Assembly: GCA_963746845.1 (NCBI GenBank)
Contig: CAVVCZ010000007.1
Span: 1 to 64,000 of the forward strand
Direction: 5' to 3'
DNA: 64,000 nucleotides
Origin: an uncultured Chloroflexia bacterium
Lineage (GTDB): Bacteria; Chloroflexota; Limnocylindria; Limnocylindrales; CSP1-4
Shown: in pieces, positions 28,341 through 37,410 of the stretch
Position numbering within the stretch: the stretch's first letter is position 1
Layout of the letters: each line of letters opens with the position of its first letter
The notes under the pieces: generated by a model
Databases searched by the model: none
What the model saw: the letters and a program-made list of their open reading frames with translations, nothing else
What the model was told of the DNA's origin: nothing
Translations under genes and position numbers: made by a program

Positions 28341-28768
28341 GCGCCACGCTCGACGCGAACGTCCTGATCTACGCCTCGGACCGGCGGGCGCCGGAGCACG
28401 ATCGAGCGGAGACGCTCGTCCGGAGGCTCGCCGCCGGTCCGGAGATCGTGTACCTCTTCTGGCCCGTCCTCCTGGGGTACGTCCGGATCGTGACCCACCC
28501 GGCGATCCTCACTCGTCCGCTCTCCCCGGCGGACGCACTGCGCAACGTGGAGGCGCTCCTCGACCGGCCGCACGTCCAGGCACCCGGCGAGGCCGACGGC
28601 TTCTGGCCGATCTTCCGGTCGACGGCCGGCGAGCGGCCCCGCGGCAACGACGTCCCGGACGCGCACCTTGCCGCCCTGATGCGCCAGCACGGCGTCCGGA
28701 TCATCTACACGCCCGACCGCGACTTCCGCCGGTTCGAGGGGATCGATCCACGCGATCCCTTCGCGTAG
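28337..28768 (+). CDS. vapC: VapC PIN-domain toxin
   Basis: LDANVLIYA, RIVTHPAI, GNDVPDAHLAAL, DRDFRRF. Confidence 0.9.
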   Translation: MSATLDANVLIYASDRRAPEHDRAETLVRRLAAGPEIVYLFWPVLLGYVRIVTHPAILTRPLSPADALRNVEALLDRPHVQAPGEADGFWPIFRSTAGERPRGNDVPDAHLAALMRQHGVRIIYTPDRDFRRFEGIDPRDPFA

Positions 28769-28789
28769 CGTGGGCGGCGACGCCGCGGG

Positions 28790-29542
28790 TCAGATCTCGT
28801 TCGTCTCCAGGAAGGTCCGCACCGGCGGCATCACGAGATCCAGTCGCGAGAAGGCCTGCAGGTGGTCGAGCTCCGGGAGGATGTGGAGCTCGGCGCGCAG
28901 CCCGACGGCCATCTCCGTCGCCTCGACGGGGTCGGAGTCGTGGCCGACGATCACGATGGAAGGCGCCGAGACGCGACCGAGGTCGACGGCATACCCGGAT
29001 CGTCCCAACCCGAGCGACATCGCCCCCAACGCCCGGGCGTCGTTGACCTCATCGTCGTAGCGACGGTCGTCGTCGGAGAACGAATAGGCATCCCAGATCG
29101 GCGACAGGTCCCCGGCGAACATCGCCAGGGCGAACGCCGAGGGTTCGCCACCCGGGTCGATGGTCGTCGTTCCACCGTCATGCATGACCAGGCCCGCAAC
29201 GCGATCCGGGAATATCGATCCGATGACGGCCGCCAGCGGAACCCCCCGCGAGTAGCCCCAGACGACGGCTCGGTCGACGCCGGCCGCGTCGAGCACCGCG
29301 ACCAGATCCTCGGCAACCGCCGGATACGCGTAGGCGTCCGGGTCGTGGGGCTTGTCGCTCAGGCCGTTGCCGAGTGGGTCGACGCTGATGACACGGTGCG
29401 ATGCGACCAGCTCGTCGACGTACCCGGCATCCCGCCAGTCGGCCGCCGACATCGTCGAGCCCGGGATCAGCAGGATCGCCGGCCCGGACCCGGCGTCCTC
29501 GTAGCTGATCGCGTAGCCACGCGACAGGGTCGTGCTGGTCAC
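28790..29542 (-). CDS. Alpha/beta hydrolase
   Basis: DPLGNGLSDKP, nucleophile elbow GYSRG, C-terminal LDH. Confidence 0.85.
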   Translation of the reverse strand: MTSTTLSRGYAISYEDAGSGPAILLIPGSTMSAADWRDAGYVDELVASHRVISVDPLGNGLSDKPHDPDAYAYPAVAEDLVAVLDAAGVDRAVVWGYSRGVPLAAVIGSIFPDRVAGLVMHDGGTTTIDPGGEPSAFALAMFAGDLSPIWDAYSFSDDDRRYDDEVNDARALGAMSLGLGRSGYAVDLGRVSAPSIVIVGHDSDPVEATEMAVGLRAELHILPELDHLQAFSRLDLVMPPVRTFLETNEI

Positions 29543-29720
29543 GACCGGGGTGGCGTCGCTTCGATCGGTCAGACGGTTCCGCGGGTAGCCGCGCATCGGG
29601 GTCCCGGCGATCGACATCGTGCGCCTCGTGGTCCGGCCGCTCGTCCGTCATTGGCCGTCGCCCGAGCGGGACGCGAGTCTACGCGCGGCGGCGGGCTCTC
29701 AGTCGAGGCACACTGCGCAC

Positions 29721-30353
29721 ATGACGGATCGGTTCGTCACGCGCGGGTTCGTGGGCCGGCGCGGCGCGCCAGCGGGAACCCCCGGCGACGCGGCGGCGCG
29801 GACGCCGCCCGGCCAGTACCTGACGACCGACTTCCCGGTCCTGTCCGCCGGTCCGACGCCGCACACGCAGCTCGATCGCTGGTCGTTCTCGATCGAGGGC
29901 CTCGTCCGCGAGCCGAAGACGTGGACGTGGGACGAGTTCACGGCGCTGCCGGCACGGGACTGGACCGTCGACATCAGCTGCGTCACGAAGTGGACGAAGC
30001 TCGACATGCGTTGGCGCGGCGTCAGCGTCGACACGCTCCTCGAGGCCGTCGATCTCCAGCCGGACGCGGCCTTCGCGATCGCCTGGTCGGACGGCGGCTA
30101 TCGGACGAACCTCCCGGTCGGCGATGTGCTCAACGGAGGGGCGTTCGTGGCGTGGGAGTACGACGGCAAGCCGCTCGCCCCGGAGCACGGCGGGCCGGCC
30201 CGGCTCGTCGTCCCGTCGCGCTACTTCTGGAAGAGCGCGAAGTGGGTCCGCGGCATCCGCCTGCTCGACCGCGACATCCCGGGCTTCTGGGAGTCACTCG
30301 GCTATCACAACCGGGGCGACCAGTGGCTCGAAGAGCGCTACAGCGGGGACTGA
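29721..30353 (+). CDS. Sulfite oxidase-like molybdopterin oxidoreductase
   Basis: PPGQY.T.DFPVL, DISCVTKW, EHGGPARL.VP..YFWKSAKW, GFWE..GYH.RGD. Confidence 0.9.
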   Translation: MTDRFVTRGFVGRRGAPAGTPGDAAARTPPGQYLTTDFPVLSAGPTPHTQLDRWSFSIEGLVREPKTWTWDEFTALPARDWTVDISCVTKWTKLDMRWRGVSVDTLLEAVDLQPDAAFAIAWSDGGYRTNLPVGDVLNGGAFVAWEYDGKPLAPEHGGPARLVVPSRYFWKSAKWVRGIRLLDRDIPGFWESLGYHNRGDQWLEERYSGD

Positions 30354-30357
30354 GCCC

Positions 30358-31131
30358 GTGACGCTCGCGCCGGCTCCTCGCCCCCCGAGCCCGATCGTGT
30401 GGCGGATCGCGACCGTCGCCTCGGTCCGCGACGAGACCCCGACGGTCCGCTCGTTCACCCTGTCGATCCCCGACTGGACGGGCCACCGGCCCGGTCAGCA
30501 CGTCGACCTGCGGCTGACCGCCGAGGACGGCTACAGCGTCGAGCGGAGCTACTCGATCGCATCGGAGCCGGAGCGGTCCGGCGAGATCGTGCTGACGGTC
30601 GAACGGATCGAGGACGGCGAGGTGTCGGCCTTCCTCCACGAGGTCGTCGTGCCGGGCGATCGCCTCGAGGTGCGCGGGCCGATCGGGGGCTACTTCGTGT
30701 GGGAGGCCCGCGGGGACGGAGCGACGGCCCCCCTCTTCCTCGTCGCGGGCGGGAGCGGGGTGGTGCCCCTGATGGCGATGCTGCGCGAGCGCGGGCGGGT
30801 GGGAACCCGGAACCCGGCCCGGCTGCTGTTCTCGTCGCGTCATCTCGACGAGGTCATCTACCGATCGGAGCTCGACACGCTCGCGGCGGCCGGCGACGGC
30901 CTCGAGGTCGTCCACACCCTGACGCGCTCGCAGCCGTCGGGCTGGACCGGCTACGCCCGCCGGATCGACGACCGGATGATCGCCGAGGTCCTCGCCCCGC
31001 TGGGCGACGGCGCGCGCTGCTTCATCTGCGGCCCGACGGCGCTCGTCGAGGTCGCCGCATCGGCGCTCGTCCGGCTCGGTTTGCCGGGCGACCGGATCCG
31101 GACCGAGCGGTTCGGCCCGACCGGATCATGA
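30358..31131 (+). CDS. Ferredoxin reductase-type FAD/NAD(P)-binding oxidoreductase
   Basis: PGQHVD, RSYSIAS, GEVS, AGGSGVVP, ICGP. Confidence 0.9.
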   Translation: MTLAPAPRPPSPIVWRIATVASVRDETPTVRSFTLSIPDWTGHRPGQHVDLRLTAEDGYSVERSYSIASEPERSGEIVLTVERIEDGEVSAFLHEVVVPGDRLEVRGPIGGYFVWEARGDGATAPLFLVAGGSGVVPLMAMLRERGRVGTRNPARLLFSSRHLDEVIYRSELDTLAAAGDGLEVVHTLTRSQPSGWTGYARRIDDRMIAEVLAPLGDGARCFICGPTALVEVAASALVRLGLPGDRIRTERFGPTGS

Positions 31132-31421
31132 GCACGGAGGAGGCGCCGATGATCGACGACGACGTCCTCGACGGCAACGCCGTGGCCGGCCTGCTCGCCG
31201 CGGCCATGGGGGCCGACATGACGACGGTGCCCGGGGCGTGCGGTCACTGCGGCACGGTCAGCGTCGTCGCCCAGCTCCGAGCCTGGACCCGGGCGCCCGG
31301 CATGGTCCTGCGGTGCCCGGTCTGCAGCGAGGTCGTGCTCCGGATCGTCCAGACCCCGACGGCGACGCTGATCGACGCGAGCGGCGCGGCCTGGCTCCGG
31401 TTCGACCACGACCGCCGCTGA
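31128..31421 (+). CDS. DUF6510-like zinc-ribbon protein
   Basis: LDGNAVAG.L, CGHCG, PG.VLRCPVC. Confidence 0.75.
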   Translation: MSTEEAPMIDDDVLDGNAVAGLLAAAMGADMTTVPGACGHCGTVSVVAQLRAWTRAPGMVLRCPVCSEVVLRIVQTPTATLIDASGAAWLRFDHDRR

Positions 31422-31517
31422 TCGCCGAAACGTCGTGAGGATCGCCGCGTCATCGAGACGTTCGCGTGACGACCGGGCTCCATCGTGCGGCGCAGGAACT
31501 TCCAGTGGAGGAGCCCG

Positions 31518-31925
31518 ATGACCGAGGCACTCGCGATCCAGCTGTCCGAGTCGGGATCGGACCCGGCACGCGTGGATGAGCTGACGACACGATTGCGTGC
31601 GGAGCTGCTGAACCTGGACGTCGAGGACGTCGAGAAGGTCAGCGGAGGCCCGGCGCCCGATGGCAGCCGGGGGGTCGAGCTCGCGGCGATCGGTGCCCTG
31701 CTCGTGACGATCCAGGAAGCCGGGCCCGCGATCACCGGTGTGGTCAACACGATCCGCGAGTGGCTGAAGCGGGACCCCGAGCCGACCCGCTCGGTGACGA
31801 TGACGCTGGGCGACAAGACGATCGTGCTGACGGCCGCCTCGGACGCCCAGCAGGATCAGCTGGTGGCCGAGTTCATCCGCTCCACCGGCGGCGCCGCCGC
31901 TCCGGCCGGGGGCGCCGCGACCTAG
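31518..31925 (+). CDS. Effector-associated constant component 1 (EACC1)-like protein
   Basis: DEL..RLR.ELL.LDV..V....G.AP.GSRG...hydrophobic helix...WL.R....V....GD; GGAGGAG RBS. Confidence 0.7.
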   Translation: MTEALAIQLSESGSDPARVDELTTRLRAELLNLDVEDVEKVSGGPAPDGSRGVELAAIGALLVTIQEAGPAITGVVNTIREWLKRDPEPTRSVTMTLGDKTIVLTAASDAQQDQLVAEFIRSTGGAAAPAGGAAT

Positions 31926-32078
31926 GGATCGGTCGGCGCCGCGGGCGCCCGTCGGTCATCCGCCCGATGGCAGGACCGCCTGCCGAGCGCAGCCTCCTGA
32001 TCGAAAGGAGGCGCAGATGGCGCTTTGCACGGAGATCCGGCCGTCCCGGATCCATCCGATCGTCGGGGAGGGCTCCCG

Positions 32079-32759
32079 ATGACTCGGCCTCGGTTCCGCA
32101 TCGCCACGGCGGCGATCGCGGCAATCCTCCTCGGGTCGGCGATGGCAAGCGGCGTGGCCGCGCATCGGGGGGACCGCTCGGACTGGTTCGACCTGGTCCG
32201 GGCCGCCTTCGCGACCGCCCGGTTCCACTCCCTCGACGTCGCCGGTCGTGCCGGCTACGCCCTGCCGGACGCCCCCGCCCCGCTCCACGAGTGCATCTCG
32301 AACGGTGCCGAGGGCGCGATGGGCTTCCACTACATCAAGGGCAGCCTGCTCGACACGACCCTGAATCCCACCCAGCCCGAGGCGCTCGTGTACGCCCCGG
32401 ACCGGCACGGCAGGCTCCACCTGGCCGCGCTCGAGTTCGTCGTCTTCCAGGACGCCTGGAACGCCGAGCATCCCGACACGATGCCGGAGCTCTTCGGCCA
32501 GATGTTCATGCCGGTGAACGCGGCGCCGGGCCACGGCAGCAACACGGTCTTCGACATCCCACCGTTCTACATGCTCCACGTGTGGCTGTGGGACTTCAAC
32601 CCGTCGGGCCTGTTCAACCCGTGGAACCCGCGCGTCTCGTGCGACAACGCCGTGTCCGCTTCGGCCGGCTCGTCGATCGCGACGCTTTCGTCCACGCGCG
32701 CCGTCGCGGCCGCGGCCGGCGTCAAGTTCGCCTGCGCCATGAAGCCGCAGACCGCGTAG
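32079..32759 (+). CDS. Secreted His/Met-motif hypothetical protein
   Basis: Signal peptide; GAMGFHY, PEALVY, LHVWLW..NPSGLF..WNPRVSC. Confidence 0.7.
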   Translation: MTRPRFRIATAAIAAILLGSAMASGVAAHRGDRSDWFDLVRAAFATARFHSLDVAGRAGYALPDAPAPLHECISNGAEGAMGFHYIKGSLLDTTLNPTQPEALVYAPDRHGRLHLAALEFVVFQDAWNAEHPDTMPELFGQMFMPVNAAPGHGSNTVFDIPPFYMLHVWLWDFNPSGLFNPWNPRVSCDNAVSASAGSSIATLSSTRAVAAAAGVKFACAMKPQTA

Positions 32760-32918
32760 CTGCCGACTTCTCTCGCCGAGATCGCCGCGTCGCCCCGCTG
32801 TCTCTCCCGCCAGCGGAACGGCGCGGCGATTCCGTGTGTCGCCCGCGGCGCAGGTGTCGCTACGCGGTCAAGGTTCCACCGGAGTGGGTCGCCAGGCCGG
32901 CTCCGCGAAATGCGCCGC

Positions 32919-33165
32919 GTGCCAGATCGACATGGGGCGTCGACTACCTCTCGATCGCGGCTGAATGACTGACAGATCGACACTGGGCGTCGGTTGGGCC
33001 GCGTCGAGGGCCAATTCGAACATCGTCCGGCTCGTTCTCACGCACGTTCGATCCGGATTCGCCTCCGATTGGCCGCCTCCAGCCGACCTCCTCGACACGG
33101 GGTGTCGATCTGGCACCGAATCCGCCGGGTCCGGCCGGTAGTCGACACCGGGCGTCGATCTGGCA
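32919..33165. repeat. REP/BIME-like cluster: four palindromic units, two direct and two inverted
   Basis: TG(C/A)CAGATCGAC-N7-GTCG units at 32919 and 32970 (+) and at 33092 and 33137 (-). Confidence 0.7.
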
Positions 33166-33281
33166 GGAATCGGTGCGGACGCACGCCGAGCCGCGCCGCG
33201 GGCGAGCCGGCGACGTCGGCCGGTCCCAACGGGTAGCATCCTGCGACCGACCGCGTGCCCAATCCCCGGAGGCGGAACCCC

Positions 33282-34160
33282 GTGAAGCTCGGCATCCAGA
33301 TCCCGTCGTTCACGTGGCCCGGCGGCCCCGAGGCCATCGGGCCCACGCTCGCCCGCGTCGCACGCCAGGCCGACGACATCGGCCTCGACTCGATCTGGGT
33401 CATGGATCACTTCTTCCAGATCCGCGGTGTCGGGCCGGCGGAGGATCCGATGCTCGAGGGCTGGACGGCGCTCGGATTCCTCGCGGCGAACACGACGAAG
33501 GCGCGTCTGGGGCTGATGGTCGGCGGCGTCCATTACCGCCTGCCCGGCCTGTGGGTGAAGGCGGCGACGACGCTCGACGTGCTGTCGGGCGGACGGGCCT
33601 GGCTCGGGATCGGAGCCGCCTGGAACGAGGACGAGTCGCGGAGCCTGGGCTTCCCGTTCCCGCCGCTCGGCGAGCGGTTCGAGATGCTCGACGAGACGCT
33701 CCAGATCGCTCACCAGATGTGGCAGGGGGAACGCGGGACAGAAGGCCGGTTCGACGGCCGCCACTACACGGCGACGCGCCTGATGAACTCGCCCCAGTCG
33801 ATCTCGCGGCCGCGCGTCCCGATCATGATCGGCGGCGGCGGCGAGCGGAAGACGCTTCGGCTGGTCGCCCAGTACGCCGACGCGACGAACGTCTTCGGCG
33901 GGCCCGAGGCGATCCACCACAAGTACGAGGTCCTCCGCGGGCACTGCGAGGAGGTCGGTCGGGACTACGACGAGATCGAGCGGTCGAACCTCCAGACGAT
34001 CAACCTGGGGCGCGACTCGGCGCAGCAGATCGTCGACCGGTTCGGGGAGCTGGCGGACGCCGGAGCCCAGCACATCATCGCGAGCGTGGCCGCGATCCAC
34101 GATCCGGCGCAGCTCGAGGCGATCGGCCGCGACATCGTGCCCCACGTCAAGGCCCTGTAA
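33282..34160 (+). CDS. LLM-class F420-dependent oxidoreductase (Rv1855c-like)
   Basis: SIWVMDHFFQI, PMLEGWTAL, TLDVLSGGRAWLGIGAAW, IMIGGGGERKTL. Confidence 0.9.
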   Translation: MKLGIQIPSFTWPGGPEAIGPTLARVARQADDIGLDSIWVMDHFFQIRGVGPAEDPMLEGWTALGFLAANTTKARLGLMVGGVHYRLPGLWVKAATTLDVLSGGRAWLGIGAAWNEDESRSLGFPFPPLGERFEMLDETLQIAHQMWQGERGTEGRFDGRHYTATRLMNSPQSISRPRVPIMIGGGGERKTLRLVAQYADATNVFGGPEAIHHKYEVLRGHCEEVGRDYDEIERSNLQTINLGRDSAQQIVDRFGELADAGAQHIIASVAAIHDPAQLEAIGRDIVPHVKAL

Positions 34161-34197
34161 CCGGGCCCCACGACCCGGCCCGTCGAGGCGATCGCCT

Positions 34198-35007
34198 CTA
34201 GCCCGAGACCTCGGCCCGCTCCGTGAACAGTGCCGTCACGAGGAGCGCCCCGATCAGCCACGCCGCCACGACGAGGAGCGCGGTATTGGGGTCAAGCCGC
34301 ACGAGCGTCGCGCCGCCGTCCCCGCCGCCGCCGAAGCTGCCGGACGTCGCCACGACCGCATTCGCCGCGTTGAACGGCAGGTACCGGACGATGTCCGGGA
34401 GGAAGATCGAGGCGAACTGCTCGCCGAAGTAGACGGCGATTCCGACCCCGATCCCCGCGAGCTGGCTCCGGGCCAGTGTGGCGATCGCGAACCCGAGGGC
34501 ACACGCCTCGGTCAGGGCCAGCCAGCCCCGGGCGAGGAGCTCCGGGAAGGTCTTGATCGTGTCCGCGTCGCCGATGCCCGTGGTGGGTACACCGGCCAGG
34601 CCCGCGGCGATGACCGCGACGACGATCCCGATCGCGAAGGCGACGACCAGCCCGATGCCCACGACGACGGCGATCGACGCGAACGAGCCGAGCTGGTACA
34701 GGCTCCGGCTCTCGCCCCGGGCGACAGCCGCCTTCAGCGTGCCCCAGGTCCACTCGGAGCCCGCGATCGCCGCGCCGAAGATCATCGCGAACAGCCCGCC
34801 GAGCCCGAGGATGAACGACAGGAGGAGCGCGTAGGCACCCGGGAACGTGACGAGGAGCAGGGCCTGCCGGCCGCCGTTCGGGCCCTGGCGGGCGGTCGCG
34901 CCGACCGCGATGTAGATCAGGGCGAGCAGGCCGACGAGCAGCCCGAACGTGACCCATGTGGCCGGCCGGCGCGCGAGCTTGCGGAATCCGCCGAGGAAGA
35001 TCCTCAT
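34198..35007 (-). CDS. ABC-2 type permease
   Basis: Six TM helices; GSEWTWGTLK motif. Confidence 0.85.
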   Translation of the reverse strand: MRIFLGGFRKLARRPATWVTFGLLVGLLALIYIAVGATARQGPNGGRQALLLVTFPGAYALLLSFILGLGGLFAMIFGAAIAGSEWTWGTLKAAVARGESRSLYQLGSFASIAVVVGIGLVVAFAIGIVVAVIAAGLAGVPTTGIGDADTIKTFPELLARGWLALTEACALGFAIATLARSQLAGIGVGIAVYFGEQFASIFLPDIVRYLPFNAANAVVATSGSFGGGGDGGATLVRLDPNTALLVVAAWLIGALLVTALFTERAEVSG

Positions 35008-35987
35008 GGGGCGTCCGTCTTCTTCACGGACGCGCCGGCAGTCCCGAAGAAGGTCCCCTCGTGGCCGCCGTTCTCGTCACCGGTCAGCTCGAGGAACAGG
35101 GACTCGAGGTCGCTGCCGCTCTCGATCCCGGAGGCGTAGATGCCGGCGGTCGCGAGCGCCCGGTTCAGCTCGGCGGCCCGCTCCGAGCCGATCCGCAGCG
35201 ACAGCCAGCCGTCGGTCCCGTCGGCCGTGGCCGGGGTGCCGGGAACGAGTCCGTCGAGGATCCGCCGGGCGGGCTCCACCTCGCCCGGCTCGACGCGGAC
35301 CCGGACCACGCCCTCGCCGGCGAGCAGGGTCCCGATCGGGCCCTCCCGAACGAGACGGCCCGCGGCGATGATCCCGAGCACGTCGGCGAGCTGCTCCACC
35401 TCACCCAGGATGTGGCTCGACACGAACACGGTCTTGCCGCTCGCGGCGAGCTGCTTGAGGAGCTCGCGCATGGCCACGATCCCCGCGGGGTCGAGGCCGT
35501 TGGCCGGCTCGTCGAGCAGGAGCAGGCGCGGATCGCTGAGGAGCGCGGCCGCGATCCCGAGCCGCTGCTTCATCCCGAGCGAATAGGTCTGCACCCGGTC
35601 GCCGGCCCGGTCGCGCAGCCCGACCAGCTCGAGCAGCTCCTCGATCCGGGTGTTCGACGTCTTCGCCCCGGTGGAGGCGAGCGACCTCAGGTTGTCCCGC
35701 GCCGACAGGTACGGGTAGAACGAGGGCGACTCGATCAGCGCCCCGACCTCGAACAGGTGCCGTCGATCACGCCGACCGAACGGGAGGCCGAGGAGCTCGA
35801 TCGTTCCCGCGTCGGCATGGATCAGCCCGGTCAGGAGCCGCATCGTCGTCGTCTTGCCCGCGCCATTCGGCCCGAGGAACCCGTACACGACGCCGGTCGG
35901 CACGGACAGGTCCAGGCCGGCGAGCGCGGTCCGCGAGCCGTAGCGCTTGTGGAGCCCGCGCGTCGCGAGGGCGAGTCCTTCGGTCAA
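35004..35987 (-). CDS. ABC transporter ATP-binding protein (BcrA-like)
   Basis: GPNGAGKTT, YSLGMKQRLG, DEPANGLDP. Confidence 0.92.
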   Translation of the reverse strand: MTEGLALATRGLHKRYGSRTALAGLDLSVPTGVVYGFLGPNGAGKTTTMRLLTGLIHADAGTIELLGLPFGRRDRRHLFEVGALIESPSFYPYLSARDNLRSLASTGAKTSNTRIEELLELVGLRDRAGDRVQTYSLGMKQRLGIAAALLSDPRLLLLDEPANGLDPAGIVAMRELLKQLAASGKTVFVSSHILGEVEQLADVLGIIAAGRLVREGPIGTLLAGEGVVRVRVEPGEVEPARRILDGLVPGTPATADGTDGWLSLRIGSERAAELNRALATAGIYASGIESGSDLESLFLELTGDENGGHEGTFFGTAGASVKKTDAP

Positions 35988-36132
35988 GGGGATCTCCGGG
36001 GCGGGACCGGCTGGGCTGCCGACCGTCCTCTCGATGCTGGCGGGCCGCGATGCCGGCTGTCAACCCGCACGGGCGAACGCCCGAGTGGACGATACCCCCT
36101 GGGAGTATGCATCCCGTGCTAGGATGACGAGC

Positions 36133-37338
36133 ATGACCGACGAGCCGAAGCAGCCTGTTACGCCTGACGGCGCGACGCCGGAGGACGCAACGGGGGACCC
36201 GGTCGACCCCTTCGCCGGCCTGACGATCGACTTCGGTGGCGGCGCCGGCGGCGCGGGGGATTCGGTCCCGGCGAACGGCAACGGCATCGGTCCGATCTCG
36301 TTCGGTGACCCGATCGTCTTCAACGCCCCCGCCCTGCCCCGGCCCGGCCGCCCGATCAGCGACGTGGACGACGGCACCGCCCGCGACGAGACCCGGACGA
36401 AGCTCCTGATCATCGGGTCGGGACCGGCCGGGCTGACCGCCGCGATCTACGCGTCACGGGCGAACCTCGAGCCGATCGTCCTCGCAGGGATCGTGCCCGG
36501 CGGCCAGCTGATGATCACGAGCGACGTCGAGAACTACCCGGGCTTCCCCGAGGGCATCCTCGGCCCGGACCTGATGGCGAAGTTCCGCGAGCAGGCCGAG
36601 CGGTTCGGAAGCCGGATCTTCGACGTCGACGTCGACCGGGTCGACTTCTCGGAGCGGCCGTTCCGGGTATGGGCCCGTGGCACCGAGTACAAGGCCGACT
36701 CCGTCGTGATCGCGACCGGCGCCTCCGCCCTGTGGCTCGGCCTCGAGAGCGAGACGCGGCTCCGCGGCCGCGGCGTGTCCGCCTGCGCGACGTGCGACGG
36801 GTTCTTCTTCCGGGACAAGGAGATCGCGGTCGTCGGCGGCGGCGACACGGCCCTCGAGGAGGCGACCTACCTGACCCGGTTCGCCTCGAAGGTCCACCTG
36901 CTCCACCGCCGGGACGCGTTCCGGGCGTCGAAGATCATGGTCGACCGGGCCTACGACAACCCGAAGATCGAGGTCCACACGAACACGGCGGTCGACGAGG
37001 TCCTCGGCGGCGCCAAGGTCGAGGGGCTGCGCGTCCGCAACACGACGACCGACGCGGTGACCGACGTCCCGATGGAGGGGCTCTTCGTCGCGATCGGCTA
37101 CCGGCCGAACACCGAGGTCTTCCGGGACTGGCTCGACGTCGACGAGAAGGGCTATCTCGTCGTCCACGACGAGACGGGCTCCAAGATCGACGGCGTGTTC
37201 ATCGCCGGCGACGTCCACGATCACCGCTACCGCCAGGCCGTGACGGCGGCCGCGGACGGGTGCAAGGCGGCGATCGACGCCGAGCGCTGGCTCGAGGCCG
37301 AGGGGATCAGCGAGGCGACGACCGCCACCGCATGGTGA
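36133..37338 (+). CDS. trxB: Thioredoxin-disulfide reductase with an N-terminal extension
   Basis: IIGSGPAGLTAAIY, GVSACATCDG, GGGDTALEEA, YRQAVTAA. Confidence 0.95.
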   Translation: MTDEPKQPVTPDGATPEDATGDPVDPFAGLTIDFGGGAGGAGDSVPANGNGIGPISFGDPIVFNAPALPRPGRPISDVDDGTARDETRTKLLIIGSGPAGLTAAIYASRANLEPIVLAGIVPGGQLMITSDVENYPGFPEGILGPDLMAKFREQAERFGSRIFDVDVDRVDFSERPFRVWARGTEYKADSVVIATGASALWLGLESETRLRGRGVSACATCDGFFFRDKEIAVVGGGDTALEEATYLTRFASKVHLLHRRDAFRASKIMVDRAYDNPKIEVHTNTAVDEVLGGAKVEGLRVRNTTTDAVTDVPMEGLFVAIGYRPNTEVFRDWLDVDEKGYLVVHDETGSKIDGVFIAGDVHDHRYRQAVTAAADGCKAAIDAERWLEAEGISEATTATAW

Positions 37339-37410
37339 GACGGGCCGCCCTCACCCGGCCGTCCGCCCACTCGTGACCCCCACCCCACCGTTCCGCGGCG
37401 CCCCTCGTCG

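Noticed and set aside
26753-28690. 645-aa extended amidohydrolase
   Set aside because: The upstream part is antisense to vapBC; the domain begins near 28000.
32919-33165. CRISPR array
   Set aside because: Only four degenerate units in mixed orientation with irregular spacing, and no cas genes.
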